Source: Naegleria gruberi (taxonomy: Eukaryota). From it: DNA of 64,000 nucleotides. The stretch lies in NCBI GenBank assembly GCA_000004985.1, contig GG738861.1; one strand, given 5' to 3'. The notes under the pieces were generated by a model. The model was not told the DNA's origin. It saw only the letters and a program-made list of their open reading frames with translations, and did no database searches. Position 1 is the stretch's first letter; each line of letters starts with the position of its first letter. Positions 51,574 to 62,600 of the stretch are shown one piece after another. Both the position numbers and the translations under genes were made by a program.

Positions 51574-52950
51574 TTATTGTCTAGCACCTTGGATCATGTA
51601 TTCCTTGTTAATAAGGTGGTTTGACTTTTCAACCAATTGAAGCAAATTCACAATATCGTGTGACCAAGAGTTCAAAACTTCATTATTGTCACCAGTTTGT
51701 AATTGTTTGAAAACAACAAGACCATCCAATCTGTCCATCTTGGCAAGAATTGTCTTGGAGGTAACCATTCTTGAAATGTATCCTTCAACTTCTTCTTCAC
51801 CCAAGTACAACAATGAGCACAAACGTTTAGTTGGAATTCTAGAATAAAATTGAGCAATGACACGAATATTCTTTTCAACAATTCTACTTCTGAGATCGGC
51901 ATAAGTTTCTGGAGAAGTCTTGAAAATTGGGTGATCCTTAATTAATGAACCAAATGTTGATTCGAATTGTGGCCAATTAATCAAACTACGATTTACAAAT
52001 TGCTTAAGCAAGTTTCTATATGGTTGTAATTGTGGTTCTTCTAATTTCTTTTCTTCAAAGGTTCTATGCATGAGATCGTTTTGTTCATTACCATATTCAG
52101 CCAAAACAATATATAAAACCATACGTTGTAAGATATTCATCCAATCCTTTTCATTTGCTTGAATGATAGGTGTAGTGAAAATTTGTTGGTATGAACGGAA
52201 AATATCTAAATATTGCTTCTTGTTATTATAGAAACGAATCATAAGTTCATGGAAACGAATCTTTAAATCTTGGTGAGATTCTTCAGAAATACTCTTCTTT
52301 GTAATTTTCTTTGATACAATGACAGCACGAACAAAATCTTGCTTTTCAATGCATAATCTAATAGATTCAAGAATAAATTCAATCTTTTCTCTAATTTCCA
52401 TACTTCCGATTGTTTCAACTTGAACATCTTGTAACAATGAAGCAGCTTCAGCAATATTTCCTTCTTCTTCTCTGATCTTTGCCAACATTCTAATAACTCT
52501 AGCACCTTCCAATTCAACAAATATTTTACCTTCAGTAATTTTACGAATATTATTGATTAATTCAATCTTTCTTTCCAAAGATGGAGTAGAATCAATATAT
52601 TTCATAGCTTCTTGAATCATCTTTTGAGTACCACCTCTTGATTGAGCACGTTTCTTACTAAGACTATTTAATTGATCATTCAATTCATCCCAAGCTTGAA
52701 CTTTAGCACAGAAAGCAATTATTTGGACAAGAATTTTAGAGAGATTTTCATAATCTTCAGCAAGACGAACAGTCTTTTCCAAAGCTAAAACAGGTTCAAG
52801 AACTTCCTTTAATTTGTTGATTCCTCCTTGATCCAAAGCAGTAGAAGCACTTTGAAGAGTGGCCTCGGTTTGTTCGGTATAATCAACATTCATCTTTTTA
52901 CTTTGTTGATCTTCAGAAGAATCTTCTGGATCGAATGTTGGAAGTGGCAT
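51574..52950 (-). CDS. PSMD12: 26S proteasome lid subunit Rpn5 (PSMD12 orthologue), PCI domain
   Basis: IRKITEGKIFVELEGARVIRMLAKIREEEGNIAEAASLLQDVQVETIGSMEIREKIEFILESIRLC ~ human PSMD12 [63 protein letters not shown]. The C-terminal PCI/winged helix is collinear. 458 aa, matching Rpn5 length. Confidence 0.9.
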   Translation of the reverse strand: MPLPTFDPEDSSEDQQSKKMNVDYTEQTEATLQSASTALDQGGINKLKEVLEPVLALEKTVRLAEDYENLSKILVQIIAFCAKVQAWDELNDQLNSLSKKRAQSRGGTQKMIQEAMKYIDSTPSLERKIELINNIRKITEGKIFVELEGARVIRMLAKIREEEGNIAEAASLLQDVQVETIGSMEIREKIEFILESIRLCIEKQDFVRAVIVSKKITKKSISEESHQDLKIRFHELMIRFYNNKKQYLDIFRSYQQIFTTPIIQANEKDWMNILQRMVLYIVLAEYGNEQNDLMHRTFEEKKLEEPQLQPYRNLLKQFVNRSLINWPQFESTFGSLIKDHPIFKTSPETYADLRSRIVEKNIRVIAQFYSRIPTKRLCSLLYLGEEEVEGYISRMVTSKTILAKMDRLDGLVVFKQLQTGDNNEVLNSWSHDIVNLLQLVEKSNHLINKEYMIQGARQ

Positions 52951-53375
52951 TATGTTACTATTATTAAATTAGTATGGATTGGCTTGCAAATTGATGATGG
53001 ATATACAACACGAGTGTTAATGCAAAGCAATTACGCAACAATAGAACACTTGTATTTTTTTAATGTATTTTTGATTTTAAATTTTAAAAATAGAACTTTA
53101 CTTCCTCTTGCCATATGACAAAGCCAAATTTTTCATCTTCGTTTCTTACAACTGTAGAACTTTATTAAGAAAATTATTGAGCATCATCAATAGTTAATAA
53201 TTCTTAGAGTTGAAGTCACTTTACCATTAAGATTCGGTAATTTTTTGATTCAGTCAAGTCAAATAATTTTGAACATCCAGTTTTCGAAAGAATTGACTTT
53301 CCCGCTCTTCCATTGTTAACTAGAAAATTTAAAAAATATTCATATGAAAAAAAATAGTCGTTTTACTTCGATAAC

Positions 53376-56300
53376 ATGATGCAAAATAATTTGGGCCAAC
53401 TTTTGGCAGGCTTTAATAAGAAGCCCTCAAATTCAACTAACAACTCCGGATCTTCATCATCATCAACAACAGGAGGATTCACATTTAAAAGAAAGGCTGA
53501 AACATCACCAAATAATTTTACATCCACAACAACAACAAATAATAGGTATAATAGTTCATCAAGAAATGGTGGTGACACATCAGGTTATGGGTCAATTTTA
53601 AATCCAAAGCCATCATCCACCACAATAGAAGAGCCTACAATTAAAAAGAGAAAAATAGAAGAGGAGGATGAAGAATTAATTGTTGAAGATTTAGATTCCG
53701 ATTCAAATAGTAGCAAACCATCGTCGTTTGTGAGAGCCTCTTCATTACTAAAACCTCCAACAACGACAACAAGTACTAACATAGCCCAACAACAAAAATC
53801 TATGGTACGAATTAAAACAAAACAAGAACCTACTAATAACTCGAGCACTGTCACATTCAAGTCAAATCAAAAAAGGCTTTGGAAGGATAAAGATGAAGAG
53901 GATGCAGAAATGGATGAATTGATTTCATTGACAACCACATCCAATGTAAATAATATTGATGAAATTGATATTACATCCGATGATTTAAATTTTGATGAAT
54001 TAGATGAATCTAATAGTAGTACATCAGCATCAAAACCAAAATTGCCAACTTTTAAAAGTACTTCACTACTTCCTCCACGTAATAATAATAATATTGGCTC
54101 ATCTAATGGTTCAAAGAGCTCAAACAAAACTGAAACAAATATGGTGGATGATGATTTTGTTTTTGAAGAAAATTCAAATCATTCAACAACTAGAACTGAA
54201 ACAATGCCAAAAAAGAAATTTGTAATACCTTCAAAACCAGCAGATACAAATACTGCCAAGCCAAAGAGTTTATTACCAACAAATAGCACCAAGTCAACAA
54301 CAAATTTATTCACCTCACCTTCACTTTCAAAAAGCACACCAAAAAGTGCTTCTAGTAGTAGTAGCAGCAGTGATATTTCAAATTTGAAAAACCTTGTAGA
54401 AAGTTATCAACGATTGACTGCTCATTTTAGTGGACTTCTCAGTGATTGTCTTGATTTTGCTGAACATAATGGAAATTCAGATAATGAAACTCTCCAAGAT
54501 TTCAAAGAGCACAGGGAACAATTGGAAGATTTAAAGAAAACACTAGAAAGTCAAGCTTTGGACTTGCAGTCAGAAAATGTAAATAATCATGATATTTCAA
54601 CACCTTATACACCAGTTAATAATTATTCCAATAATAAGAATACTTCAAATAGCACACCTACCCTCACATCCAAATCTTATACAGAAAATAGTAACACAAG
54701 CCTAAAGTCTACACCCATCTTCTCCTCCAATACATTCACAAAAAGCACTCCAAATGTTTCACCTCCAAATGATGATTATTATGATGATTACAACGATTAC
54801 AACAATACACCACTTGGTGGTGATAACAATCTAGTCCAGATAGAAGATTTGGATGATGAAGATGTTGTTTTTACTGGAAGTCAGTCTAATCATTCAAATT
54901 ATCAAACTAGCACAAACAATAATTTTACAAAGAATAATTATAATAGTAACACTGTAAATATTAATGATGACGATGATGGTTATGGTGCTGTAACTTCAAA
55001 TTATGGTTCAAGCAATTATACATCATATAACGATAATTCATATTCTTCTAAAACAAGTAGTAGCAGGGCAATTGCTAGTAGCAGTAGTTCAAGCAATCAT
55101 GATGCTTCATTTTATGCTAAAGAATCTTTTGAATGGAGTAGTGTTTTAAGAAGTACTTTGAAAGATGTTTTTGGTATTCCATCATTTAGAACTCTACAAC
55201 TTGAAGCTATTAATGCAACATTATCGGGAAGAGATGTTTTTATTATTATGCCAACTGGTGGTGGTAAAAGTCTTTGTTATCAATTACCTGCAATTATTGA
55301 TGTAGGATCAAGTGGAGGTGTAACTATTGTCATTTCTCCTTTACTTTCCTTAATTCAAGATCAAGTTATGTCATTAATCAATTTAGATATTCCAGCAGTA
55401 TTTTTGACAAGTGAACAAGATTCAGAAACTACAAAGGATATTTATAGAGAATTAGGATCTAGAAATCCAAGTTTTAGATTACTTTATGTAACACCAGAAA
55501 AAATTTCTAGGAGTGAAACTTTCTTAAATATTTTGAGAAGATTACATGAAAGAGGATTATTTAAGAGAGTAGTTGTTGATGAAGCTCACTGTGTTAGTAA
55601 TTGGGGTCACGATTTTAGACCTGACTATAGAAAACTAGGTATTTTTAAAGATGAATTTCCAGATGTTCCTTTAATTGCACTTACAGCTACTGCTACAGGA
55701 ATTGTTCAAGAAGACATTATTCATCAACTTAAAATTAAGAATTGTGTATCATTGAAAGGTTCCTTCAATAGAACAAACTTGTATTATGAAGTTAGAAAGA
55801 AACAAACATTAGAAAAAACAGCAAAAGAAATTTCAGAATTTATTAATAAGAAATATCCAAATCAATCAGGAATTATTTATTGTTTGAGTAAGAAGGATTG
55901 TGAAAAAATGGCTGAAGAATTGACCACTCTTGGACATGATGTTGGTGTTTATAACTCTGATATTAAAGCAGCAGACAAACAAGAAGTACATGAAAAATGG
56001 AGCAGAGATGAACTTAAGATTATTGTTGCCACTATTGCTTTTGGTATGGGTATCAATAAGCCTGATGTTAGATTTGTTATTCACCACAGTTTACCAAAAT
56101 CTATTGAAGATTATTATCAAGAATCAGGAAGAGCTGGAAGAGATGGACTACCAAGTCATTGTATTCTTTTCTATTCATATGCAGACAAGGCAAGACAACA
56201 AAAGTTCTTAGAAAATGAAAACACCAACAAGAGTGGCTATGAAAATATTAACAAGATTGTATCATATTGTGAAAATGATTGTGAATGTAGAAGAGTTGTA

Positions 56301-57455
56301 CAATTGAGACACTTTGGTGAATCATTTGATCCAAAAGTCTGTTCAAAAATGTGCGATAATTGTTGTGATGAAACACCTGTTGAAAGAAAGGATTTCACAA
56401 AAGAAGCAGCATCCTTTGTTAAGCTTCTTAAGAGTATTGGTGCTTTTAGATGTACTCTGTCACATGTTGTATCAGTTTGGAGAGGTTCTAACACTCAAAA
56501 AATCAAAACTTTACAACATGATAAGCTTAGTGAGCATGGCTCTGGTAAATCAGTTTCTAAACAAGTTTCAGATTTCCTGGGTTCCAAACTTATTAGTGAG
56601 GGATATATTGAAGAAAAAGTACATGTTAATGATCAGTATGGTGGAAGTTATTCACAAATTGCTGCTTCAAAGAAGGCAGATCTTTTAATTACTGGTAAAG
56701 CTAAGTTTGAAATTCTGGCAAGAAGTAAGAATAAGAAGGCACCAAAGACCTCATTAGAAAAACATCTCAAGTCATCAAAATCAAACTCTTCGAAAGACTT
56801 TGAAAATGCTCTCAAGGAAGCTCTTACACAAAAGAGATCAGAATTGGCTACTGCTAGAGGACAAAGACCTTATGCAATTTTATCAACCAAAATTCTACAA
56901 GATCTCAGTGAAAAACAACCACTCGATATGGAATCTATTGCTTCCATTCCAGGTATGGGTAGACATGTTCTCTCTAACTTTGGTCTCATTTTCTTAGAGT
57001 TAATTCGTTCAATGAGACATAAGGCAATAGGAGATTGTGAACCAATGTCAGAAGCTGAAAAGAAAAAGTTTAGAGAAACCTATAGTAGTACTGGTAGTAG
57101 CAATACCTCAAAACTCAATTTTAAAACAAGTTTTACACGTCCTCAAACTGTCCATGATTCAGATGATGATATTGATGTGGAAAATATAGTTCTAGACGAT
57201 GATGAGCCAACAGCACCATCAAAAAAGGCTTCACTAGGTATTACAAAAGAGGAATGGGATGATATTGGTAATCTTGTGGAAGATTTGGATGACGACTTGT
57301 TGACTGAAAATATTTTCAATAGCACCTCTTCTTCTTCTACTACTCCTAGTGGTGGTTCAACCTCTAACTACCAGTCCACAACTACTAACAATAGTAACAA
57401 TGGCAACAGCTCTACTACGACAACTACTCCAAAGTTTAAATTCAAAAAACTTTAA
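53376..57455 (+). CDS. RecQ-family DNA helicase, BLM/Sgs1-like, with a long disordered N-terminus, RQC and HRDC domains
   Basis: Helicase motifs: [31 protein letters not shown] (I), [19 protein letters not shown] (II, DEAH), LTATAT (III), [32 protein letters not shown] (VI). RQC zinc-binding cysteines [10 protein letters not shown]...CSKMCDNC. The HRDC-like region [31 protein letters not shown] lies downstream of the RQC. Confidence 0.95.
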   Translation: MMQNNLGQLLAGFNKKPSNSTNNSGSSSSSTTGGFTFKRKAETSPNNFTSTTTTNNRYNSSSRNGGDTSGYGSILNPKPSSTTIEEPTIKKRKIEEEDEELIVEDLDSDSNSSKPSSFVRASSLLKPPTTTTSTNIAQQQKSMVRIKTKQEPTNNSSTVTFKSNQKRLWKDKDEEDAEMDELISLTTTSNVNNIDEIDITSDDLNFDELDESNSSTSASKPKLPTFKSTSLLPPRNNNNIGSSNGSKSSNKTETNMVDDDFVFEENSNHSTTRTETMPKKKFVIPSKPADTNTAKPKSLLPTNSTKSTTNLFTSPSLSKSTPKSASSSSSSSDISNLKNLVESYQRLTAHFSGLLSDCLDFAEHNGNSDNETLQDFKEHREQLEDLKKTLESQALDLQSENVNNHDISTPYTPVNNYSNNKNTSNSTPTLTSKSYTENSNTSLKSTPIFSSNTFTKSTPNVSPPNDDYYDDYNDYNNTPLGGDNNLVQIEDLDDEDVVFTGSQSNHSNYQTSTNNNFTKNNYNSNTVNINDDDDGYGAVTSNYGSSNYTSYNDNSYSSKTSSSRAIASSSSSSNHDASFYAKESFEWSSVLRSTLKDVFGIPSFRTLQLEAINATLSGRDVFIIMPTGGGKSLCYQLPAIIDVGSSGGVTIVISPLLSLIQDQVMSLINLDIPAVFLTSEQDSETTKDIYRELGSRNPSFRLLYVTPEKISRSETFLNILRRLHERGLFKRVVVDEAHCVSNWGHDFRPDYRKLGIFKDEFPDVPLIALTATATGIVQEDIIHQLKIKNCVSLKGSFNRTNLYYEVRKKQTLEKTAKEISEFINKKYPNQSGIIYCLSKKDCEKMAEELTTLGHDVGVYNSDIKAADKQEVHEKWSRDELKIIVATIAFGMGINKPDVRFVIHHSLPKSIEDYYQESGRAGRDGLPSHCILFYSYADKARQQKFLENENTNKSGYENINKIVSYCENDCECRRVVQLRHFGESFDPKVCSKMCDNCCDETPVERKDFTKEAASFVKLLKSIGAFRCTLSHVVSVWRGSNTQKIKTLQHDKLSEHGSGKSVSKQVSDFLGSKLISEGYIEEKVHVNDQYGGSYSQIAASKKADLLITGKAKFEILARSKNKKAPKTSLEKHLKSSKSNSSKDFENALKEALTQKRSELATARGQRPYAILSTKILQDLSEKQPLDMESIASIPGMGRHVLSNFGLIFLELIRSMRHKAIGDCEPMSEAEKKKFRETYSSTGSSNTSKLNFKTSFTRPQTVHDSDDDIDVENIVLDDDEPTAPSKKASLGITKEEWDDIGNLVEDLDDDLLTENIFNSTSSSSTTPSGGSTSNYQSTTTNNSNNGNSSTTTTTPKFKFKKL

Positions 57456-57495
57456 AATTCTCTCCTTCAAGAAATTGCAAGAATTAATAAAAAAA

Positions 57496-59658
57496 ATGTC
57501 AACACAATTCAAGAGGATACATCTTTCTGGTGATAGTAGTAGTGATGAAGATGATAACTCATCGGATGATGATTCAATAATGTCAGATGATGAACCGGTA
57601 ACCTATGATTCCTCTCAATCATCAACCATATCCTTTAATTTTGAAAACATTAAAATTGAAAATATTAAATCGGAGAAGAAAACAACAGCAGATGTTATTG
57701 AAATGGGATTGGATTCGGAAAATGCAATTGATATTGATGAAGAGGATGACGTCATATTTGTAACATCATCACGAGGTCGTATCAAACAAGAAAATGACTT
57801 GTTCATAACTTCGGAATTGGAACTAAAAAGTGTGAGAGTGAAGAGAGCAGGTATTGAAAAATCGTGTTTTATCAGATTTTACTTTCGGGATTGCAAATAC
57901 TTTAAACATTCAAGGTCTGCTATCAGTTATTTTGTTCCGTGCGACCAGAAATTCCAAATATTCATCTACTCTCAACTATTAAAGAATAATTATTTGGATA
58001 GTGGTAGTAGTAGTAGTAAATCTGAATCTCCGATTATTGATTGGAACAATGAGGCTTTTGAAATTATTCCCATGTTTATGTATCCTAAACGAATGATTCC
58101 CTTATGTCCAAAATGTTTTGAAGAGTACAAGAAGGGTCAATCCACTCTAATGTTTGACCACATTTTGAGCACATATCACGGTGGTGGTGGTGCCTCTACA
58201 TCTTCAGAACAAGTGGAAAACATTGGAGTGAAAGTGGAAGTTAAAAAGGAGAATGCATCGGTAGGGAAGAATTCAAGAGAAGTACAATTGAAACCACCTC
58301 ATGATTTGATTGATAGATTAATTTACAATCGAAGAAGATTACAAAGAATATTGGAACATCATTGGTCAATACCCAAGCCAAGAAATAATGAAAATAGTAC
58401 GAGAGTTATTAGAATGATATCTTATATTGAGAGATTATATCTATATTTTAAACATTTAATAGCTGAGAAGGAATTTAGCAAAGCAGATACTATTGGTAAT
58501 TCTATTTTATTGATTATGGCCACTCATGGTCAATATTTCAGTAAGAAAATATCAGGACATTATCCATTATTATGGATGGAAAGAGAAGAGTTGTTAATTA
58601 CACATACTAAGGTAGCTATGGCAAATGCATTTCTGAAAGGAACGACAGCCATGCTTGAAAAATCTCACATCAACAAGACTGGTGTCAAGGCCTACATGAA
58701 CACTAAGATGTTTTCAGATCAGATTCATCTTACTTCATTATTGCAAGTTTCATTCTTCCTGTTCAGAATGACAAAGAAAGAGAAGGGTTTATTTTTGCTA
58801 AACAAATTTACTTTGAGTTGGGTATTCTCTTCATTTTGTAGAGGTTATTATGATATTTTGGTTACAAGACAAACTGGTGGTTATAATGCTGTTGATTTAT
58901 CTGCTTTGGAGAACCTCTTATTCAGATTACCAGGTTTTATTCATAATCATGACTTTTTGGATTTCTTGTCAGAGTGTGCTTTCAAACAGAACAAAAAACC
59001 TCTTGTGAAGGATTATCACGCTAGATTTTATGAAAATGCTCCAAATGATATTTATGCAAAGGTGAAATACATGAAAATACTAATGTCTCTATGTAAGGAG
59101 GAAAAACATTTAATTGTTTCTCTTGCTTTGGAAATATTACAGGTGGATCCACTCTCGACAATAGCAGAAAAGGTTTTGAATATTTATGCTTTTGAGAATT
59201 CTGTAACGAGCTTAAAAGTCAAGCTAAATGCTGGTCAAGTACTATCTCTGATGAAATCATTGTGGAAGTATATTGAAAGTGATTTTGAATTGGATTCACC
59301 ATGGAGAGTTCTATCTAAAACTATTATTTATGCTACAAAATCACTGACACCAGAAGAAACTGTAGCACTTATTAAGGAATTTCGTGAATTTTCCCAACCA
59401 ACATTTGATTTATTTGAAATTGGGGATGTCTTGTACGCATATCTTTTGAAAAGGATGGAAAATGCATCTCCAAAGGTATCTGAAAAAAAGAAAGATCAAA
59501 ATATTCTATTGGCAATGCATTTAATTTATCATAATAATACTGAAGTTGTTGGAGATTTTTCAAATGAAAAATTAATGGAATCTCTAAAGAATTCGATTTG
59601 GCAAAAAGCCCAAAACTTAATAACAGCAGCCAATGTTATTGTTGAGAGATTAAAGTAA
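57496..59658 (+). CDS. Hypothetical protein (about 720 aa) with an acidic Ser/Asp-rich N-terminus. The track ORF extends upstream in frame, overlapping the RecQ 3' end, but ATG 57496 is the first Met after the RecQ stop
   Basis: MSTQFKRIHLSGDSSSDEDDNSSDDDS.... A possible Cys/His cluster (CPKCFEEYKKGQSTLMFDHILSTYHGGGG). Alpha-helical repeat-like C-terminal half. Stop TAA at 59656-59658. Confidence 0.55.
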   Translation: MSTQFKRIHLSGDSSSDEDDNSSDDDSIMSDDEPVTYDSSQSSTISFNFENIKIENIKSEKKTTADVIEMGLDSENAIDIDEEDDVIFVTSSRGRIKQENDLFITSELELKSVRVKRAGIEKSCFIRFYFRDCKYFKHSRSAISYFVPCDQKFQIFIYSQLLKNNYLDSGSSSSKSESPIIDWNNEAFEIIPMFMYPKRMIPLCPKCFEEYKKGQSTLMFDHILSTYHGGGGASTSSEQVENIGVKVEVKKENASVGKNSREVQLKPPHDLIDRLIYNRRRLQRILEHHWSIPKPRNNENSTRVIRMISYIERLYLYFKHLIAEKEFSKADTIGNSILLIMATHGQYFSKKISGHYPLLWMEREELLITHTKVAMANAFLKGTTAMLEKSHINKTGVKAYMNTKMFSDQIHLTSLLQVSFFLFRMTKKEKGLFLLNKFTLSWVFSSFCRGYYDILVTRQTGGYNAVDLSALENLLFRLPGFIHNHDFLDFLSECAFKQNKKPLVKDYHARFYENAPNDIYAKVKYMKILMSLCKEEKHLIVSLALEILQVDPLSTIAEKVLNIYAFENSVTSLKVKLNAGQVLSLMKSLWKYIESDFELDSPWRVLSKTIIYATKSLTPEETVALIKEFREFSQPTFDLFEIGDVLYAYLLKRMENASPKVSEKKKDQNILLAMHLIYHNNTEVVGDFSNEKLMESLKNSIWQKAQNLITAANVIVERLK

Positions 59659-59695
59659 TGATAATATAAATTATTTATTTTTCCAAGTTAACTTT

Positions 59696-62600
59696 TTACA
59701 AAAGGGAGGATTGAGGTTGACTATTCGCAACCAAATTATTGCTAGTGCTTGCACTGTTAGCTGTACTAGTGACATTACTATTTACATTATTTAGGAGAGT
59801 TTGCTTTCTTACACCTGCACTCATTGAACGACGACTCTGGAGTGGCATAGCTCCATATTTATCCTTGCCATATGTTGGTAGGACTGTTAAAGGGCGAGAC
59901 AAAGTTGTGGAAATAGAACCAATAGCTTGAGATGCCTTTTTGAATTGTTGTAATTGTTGCTGTGTGACACTGGAATTACTATTGGCCTTAGCTTGTGCTC
60001 TTGCAGCACCACTTGTGGCCGGTCTTTTCTTTGCAGCTGTTTGCTCAATCATGAAAATTCCGTTCATTCCATTTTGTGGAGATTCACTTTCGGTTATTGG
60101 TCTCAAAAGTGTTGAAGGTGAAGCAGTTTTTCTACCAGAACTTGGAGGAGAAGGAGTACCATTTATGCCATCCAACATTAGAGGAGCATTCATTAAAATA
60201 CTGGAAACATCTTCATTTTGGCCACTGGCATATCTTTCTAGAGCATTTTTAAGAATAGCGTTTTCCTTTGTTAATTGTTGGAAATCTTCTGTCAATAAAT
60301 GGTATTTTCCTTGCCAATCAACTTGTCCAGTTGAATCTCTGTAATCTTTTAAGGTTTCTAGTTGCTCCATTATCTTACTTTTAAGACTTTGCTCTTTAAC
60401 AAGTTTCTTTTTAAGAGTTTCTATAGTCTTTTGGTTCTTGAAATCGATGGCATTGGTCTTTTCTTTCATTCTTTCCTTCAATTTTTCATAGTGACCAGCC
60501 TCTCTCTTCTTTTCTTCCAATTCTAGTAAGAGCTTATCTACGTTGGTATGACTCCATCTTTCATACTTCTCAACCTTCTCTTCAAGTTCTTCTAATAATT
60601 GAGCATTTTTAACTTTCCAATTGACAAGTTTTTGTTTGTTCTTGATTTGAAGTTGCAAGTCCTTTCTCAATTGTTCAACTTCCATTTCTGCATTACTGAG
60701 TTGTTGTTGAGTCTTGAGTAACTCTTGTCTGAGCTGATTTTCTCTAAGTCCAACCTCATATTTGCTTGCATAAAATTCTTTGAGGGCTTCATCACGTTTA
60801 AGCTCTGCATCTTTGATCAACTTTTCATATTTTGATCGGAGAGAAACTGTTCTGATTTTGTGTAAGGCTAGGAGTTGAGTGTGTTGTACTTTCAAATCTT
60901 CATTTTCTCTTCTAAGCTTATTCAACTCACTGTCTTCCATTGCCACATCTATAGCTTTCTTCTTGAAAGAGGCGTCACCAAAATCTTTTTGGGTAGCAAT
61001 TTCAAAGAAGGTGTTTTCTCTAACTTCGTAAAACTTTTGATCCAAGTTTTGCAAGAAATCCTTTTTGAATTTAGCTACTTTACCGTTGGTGGAAACAAGT
61101 TCTTTGTAAAGACTTCGTACAAGATCCTCATATTCACCAACAAGCTCTTTCCTTACTTCTGATTTGACTTCTTTGAGTCTGTGATCGAGTTCTTTGTTTT
61201 TCCAGAGAATGTTATTAACCAAAAATACTAGATCATAATTCTTATCATCAACTTCGGCGTCAATTCTTCGCTTGAGAGATTTTCTATCTACATCACGTTT
61301 GTAAAGTAAAAACTTTACTTTTTGCTCAGAAGAAAACAAGTTTCGTTTGAGGTGATCGACTATTTCTGATGTCTTGCTTTCTACAATTTGTACATAATCA
61401 TTTTTCCAGTCTCTAATTTTTTGTCCTACTTCTTCCAATGATTTTTCTAATTCTTTCTCATAAATAGTAATTATTGTTTCACCATTTTTCGAAGTACTTT
61501 TACCTCCTCTGGTGGTCAATGTTTCTAAAAAGTTGTGGAAAATATCTAACTTGCTGTCCAAAGTAGTATCATCGAAATCTTTTTCTTCCATAGCGAATAA
61601 CTCCTTTTTCAAGGCAGAAGTATTCTCTTTCATTGTTTGAATATGTTTGGAGATTAGTAGTTTTGAAATTTCCTGCGATAAAATTTGAACTTGCTTATCT
61701 CTGAGCTCCTTTTCTCTCTTTCTTTTGGCTTTTTGCTGAGTAGCTACATCAAAAATGTCATTTGTTGTCTTTTGCTCTAAGGTAGCAATGAGACCTTTGA
61801 GCTGCTTTTCATAAATCCTCTTGGCTTTTCTAAATACAGTAAAATTGTATAAATCTTCCATCTTTGCTTCATCCATAAGCATCAACTTGGAATTTTCACA
61901 ACTCAATTCTAAGAAAATATCTCTTAGTCTGTACATTAGAACTGATGCTTTCACAAATTCTACTTGAATCTTAATTGCTTGTTCGGGCATACTGTTTGCA
62001 TAGACTTTCTCCTCTGTTAGTAACTCTTCCATACAAAGTGAAACATTCGCATCTTCAGCTGAGAAATAGTTTCTCTCAGAGTCAGGGAAATCCAGAAGGA
62101 AAGACTTTAAACATGAAAGAGGAAGGATATGAGCATTTTGGTAATCGATTCCTTTGTACTTGATTCTTATTTCTTCATCCATGTAGCAAGGAGAAAAGGT
62201 GAAGAATTGAGAGTCTATTATCGCCTCTTCTGTTTTTTCATTACAAAGCTGTAAAAAGTATTTCTCAGGAATAGTGTACGAGTTCATATTTTCTTTCCTT
62301 AACTTGTGTTTTAAATTATCCAATACAAGTAGGTATTTGTGGAATAAGAGATCACATTTAGAACTCAAGTAAATTATAACAGACAAAGGATTTTCAGGTT
62401 GACGTAAATGTTCTAATTCAGAAATTAATGCTTTGCAGAAGTCGCCTAGTGGCTTTGACAATCCATTTCCTTCATTCAAAGTTACATCGTATAGTCTTTG
62501 AGTTGCCTGAATACTCACAGTCCAGAATCGCAAAATCAAATAAATTCTTTGTAAAATTTGAAGTAGATTGGAGAAGTTTTCGATAGAAGGATCTACCTCT

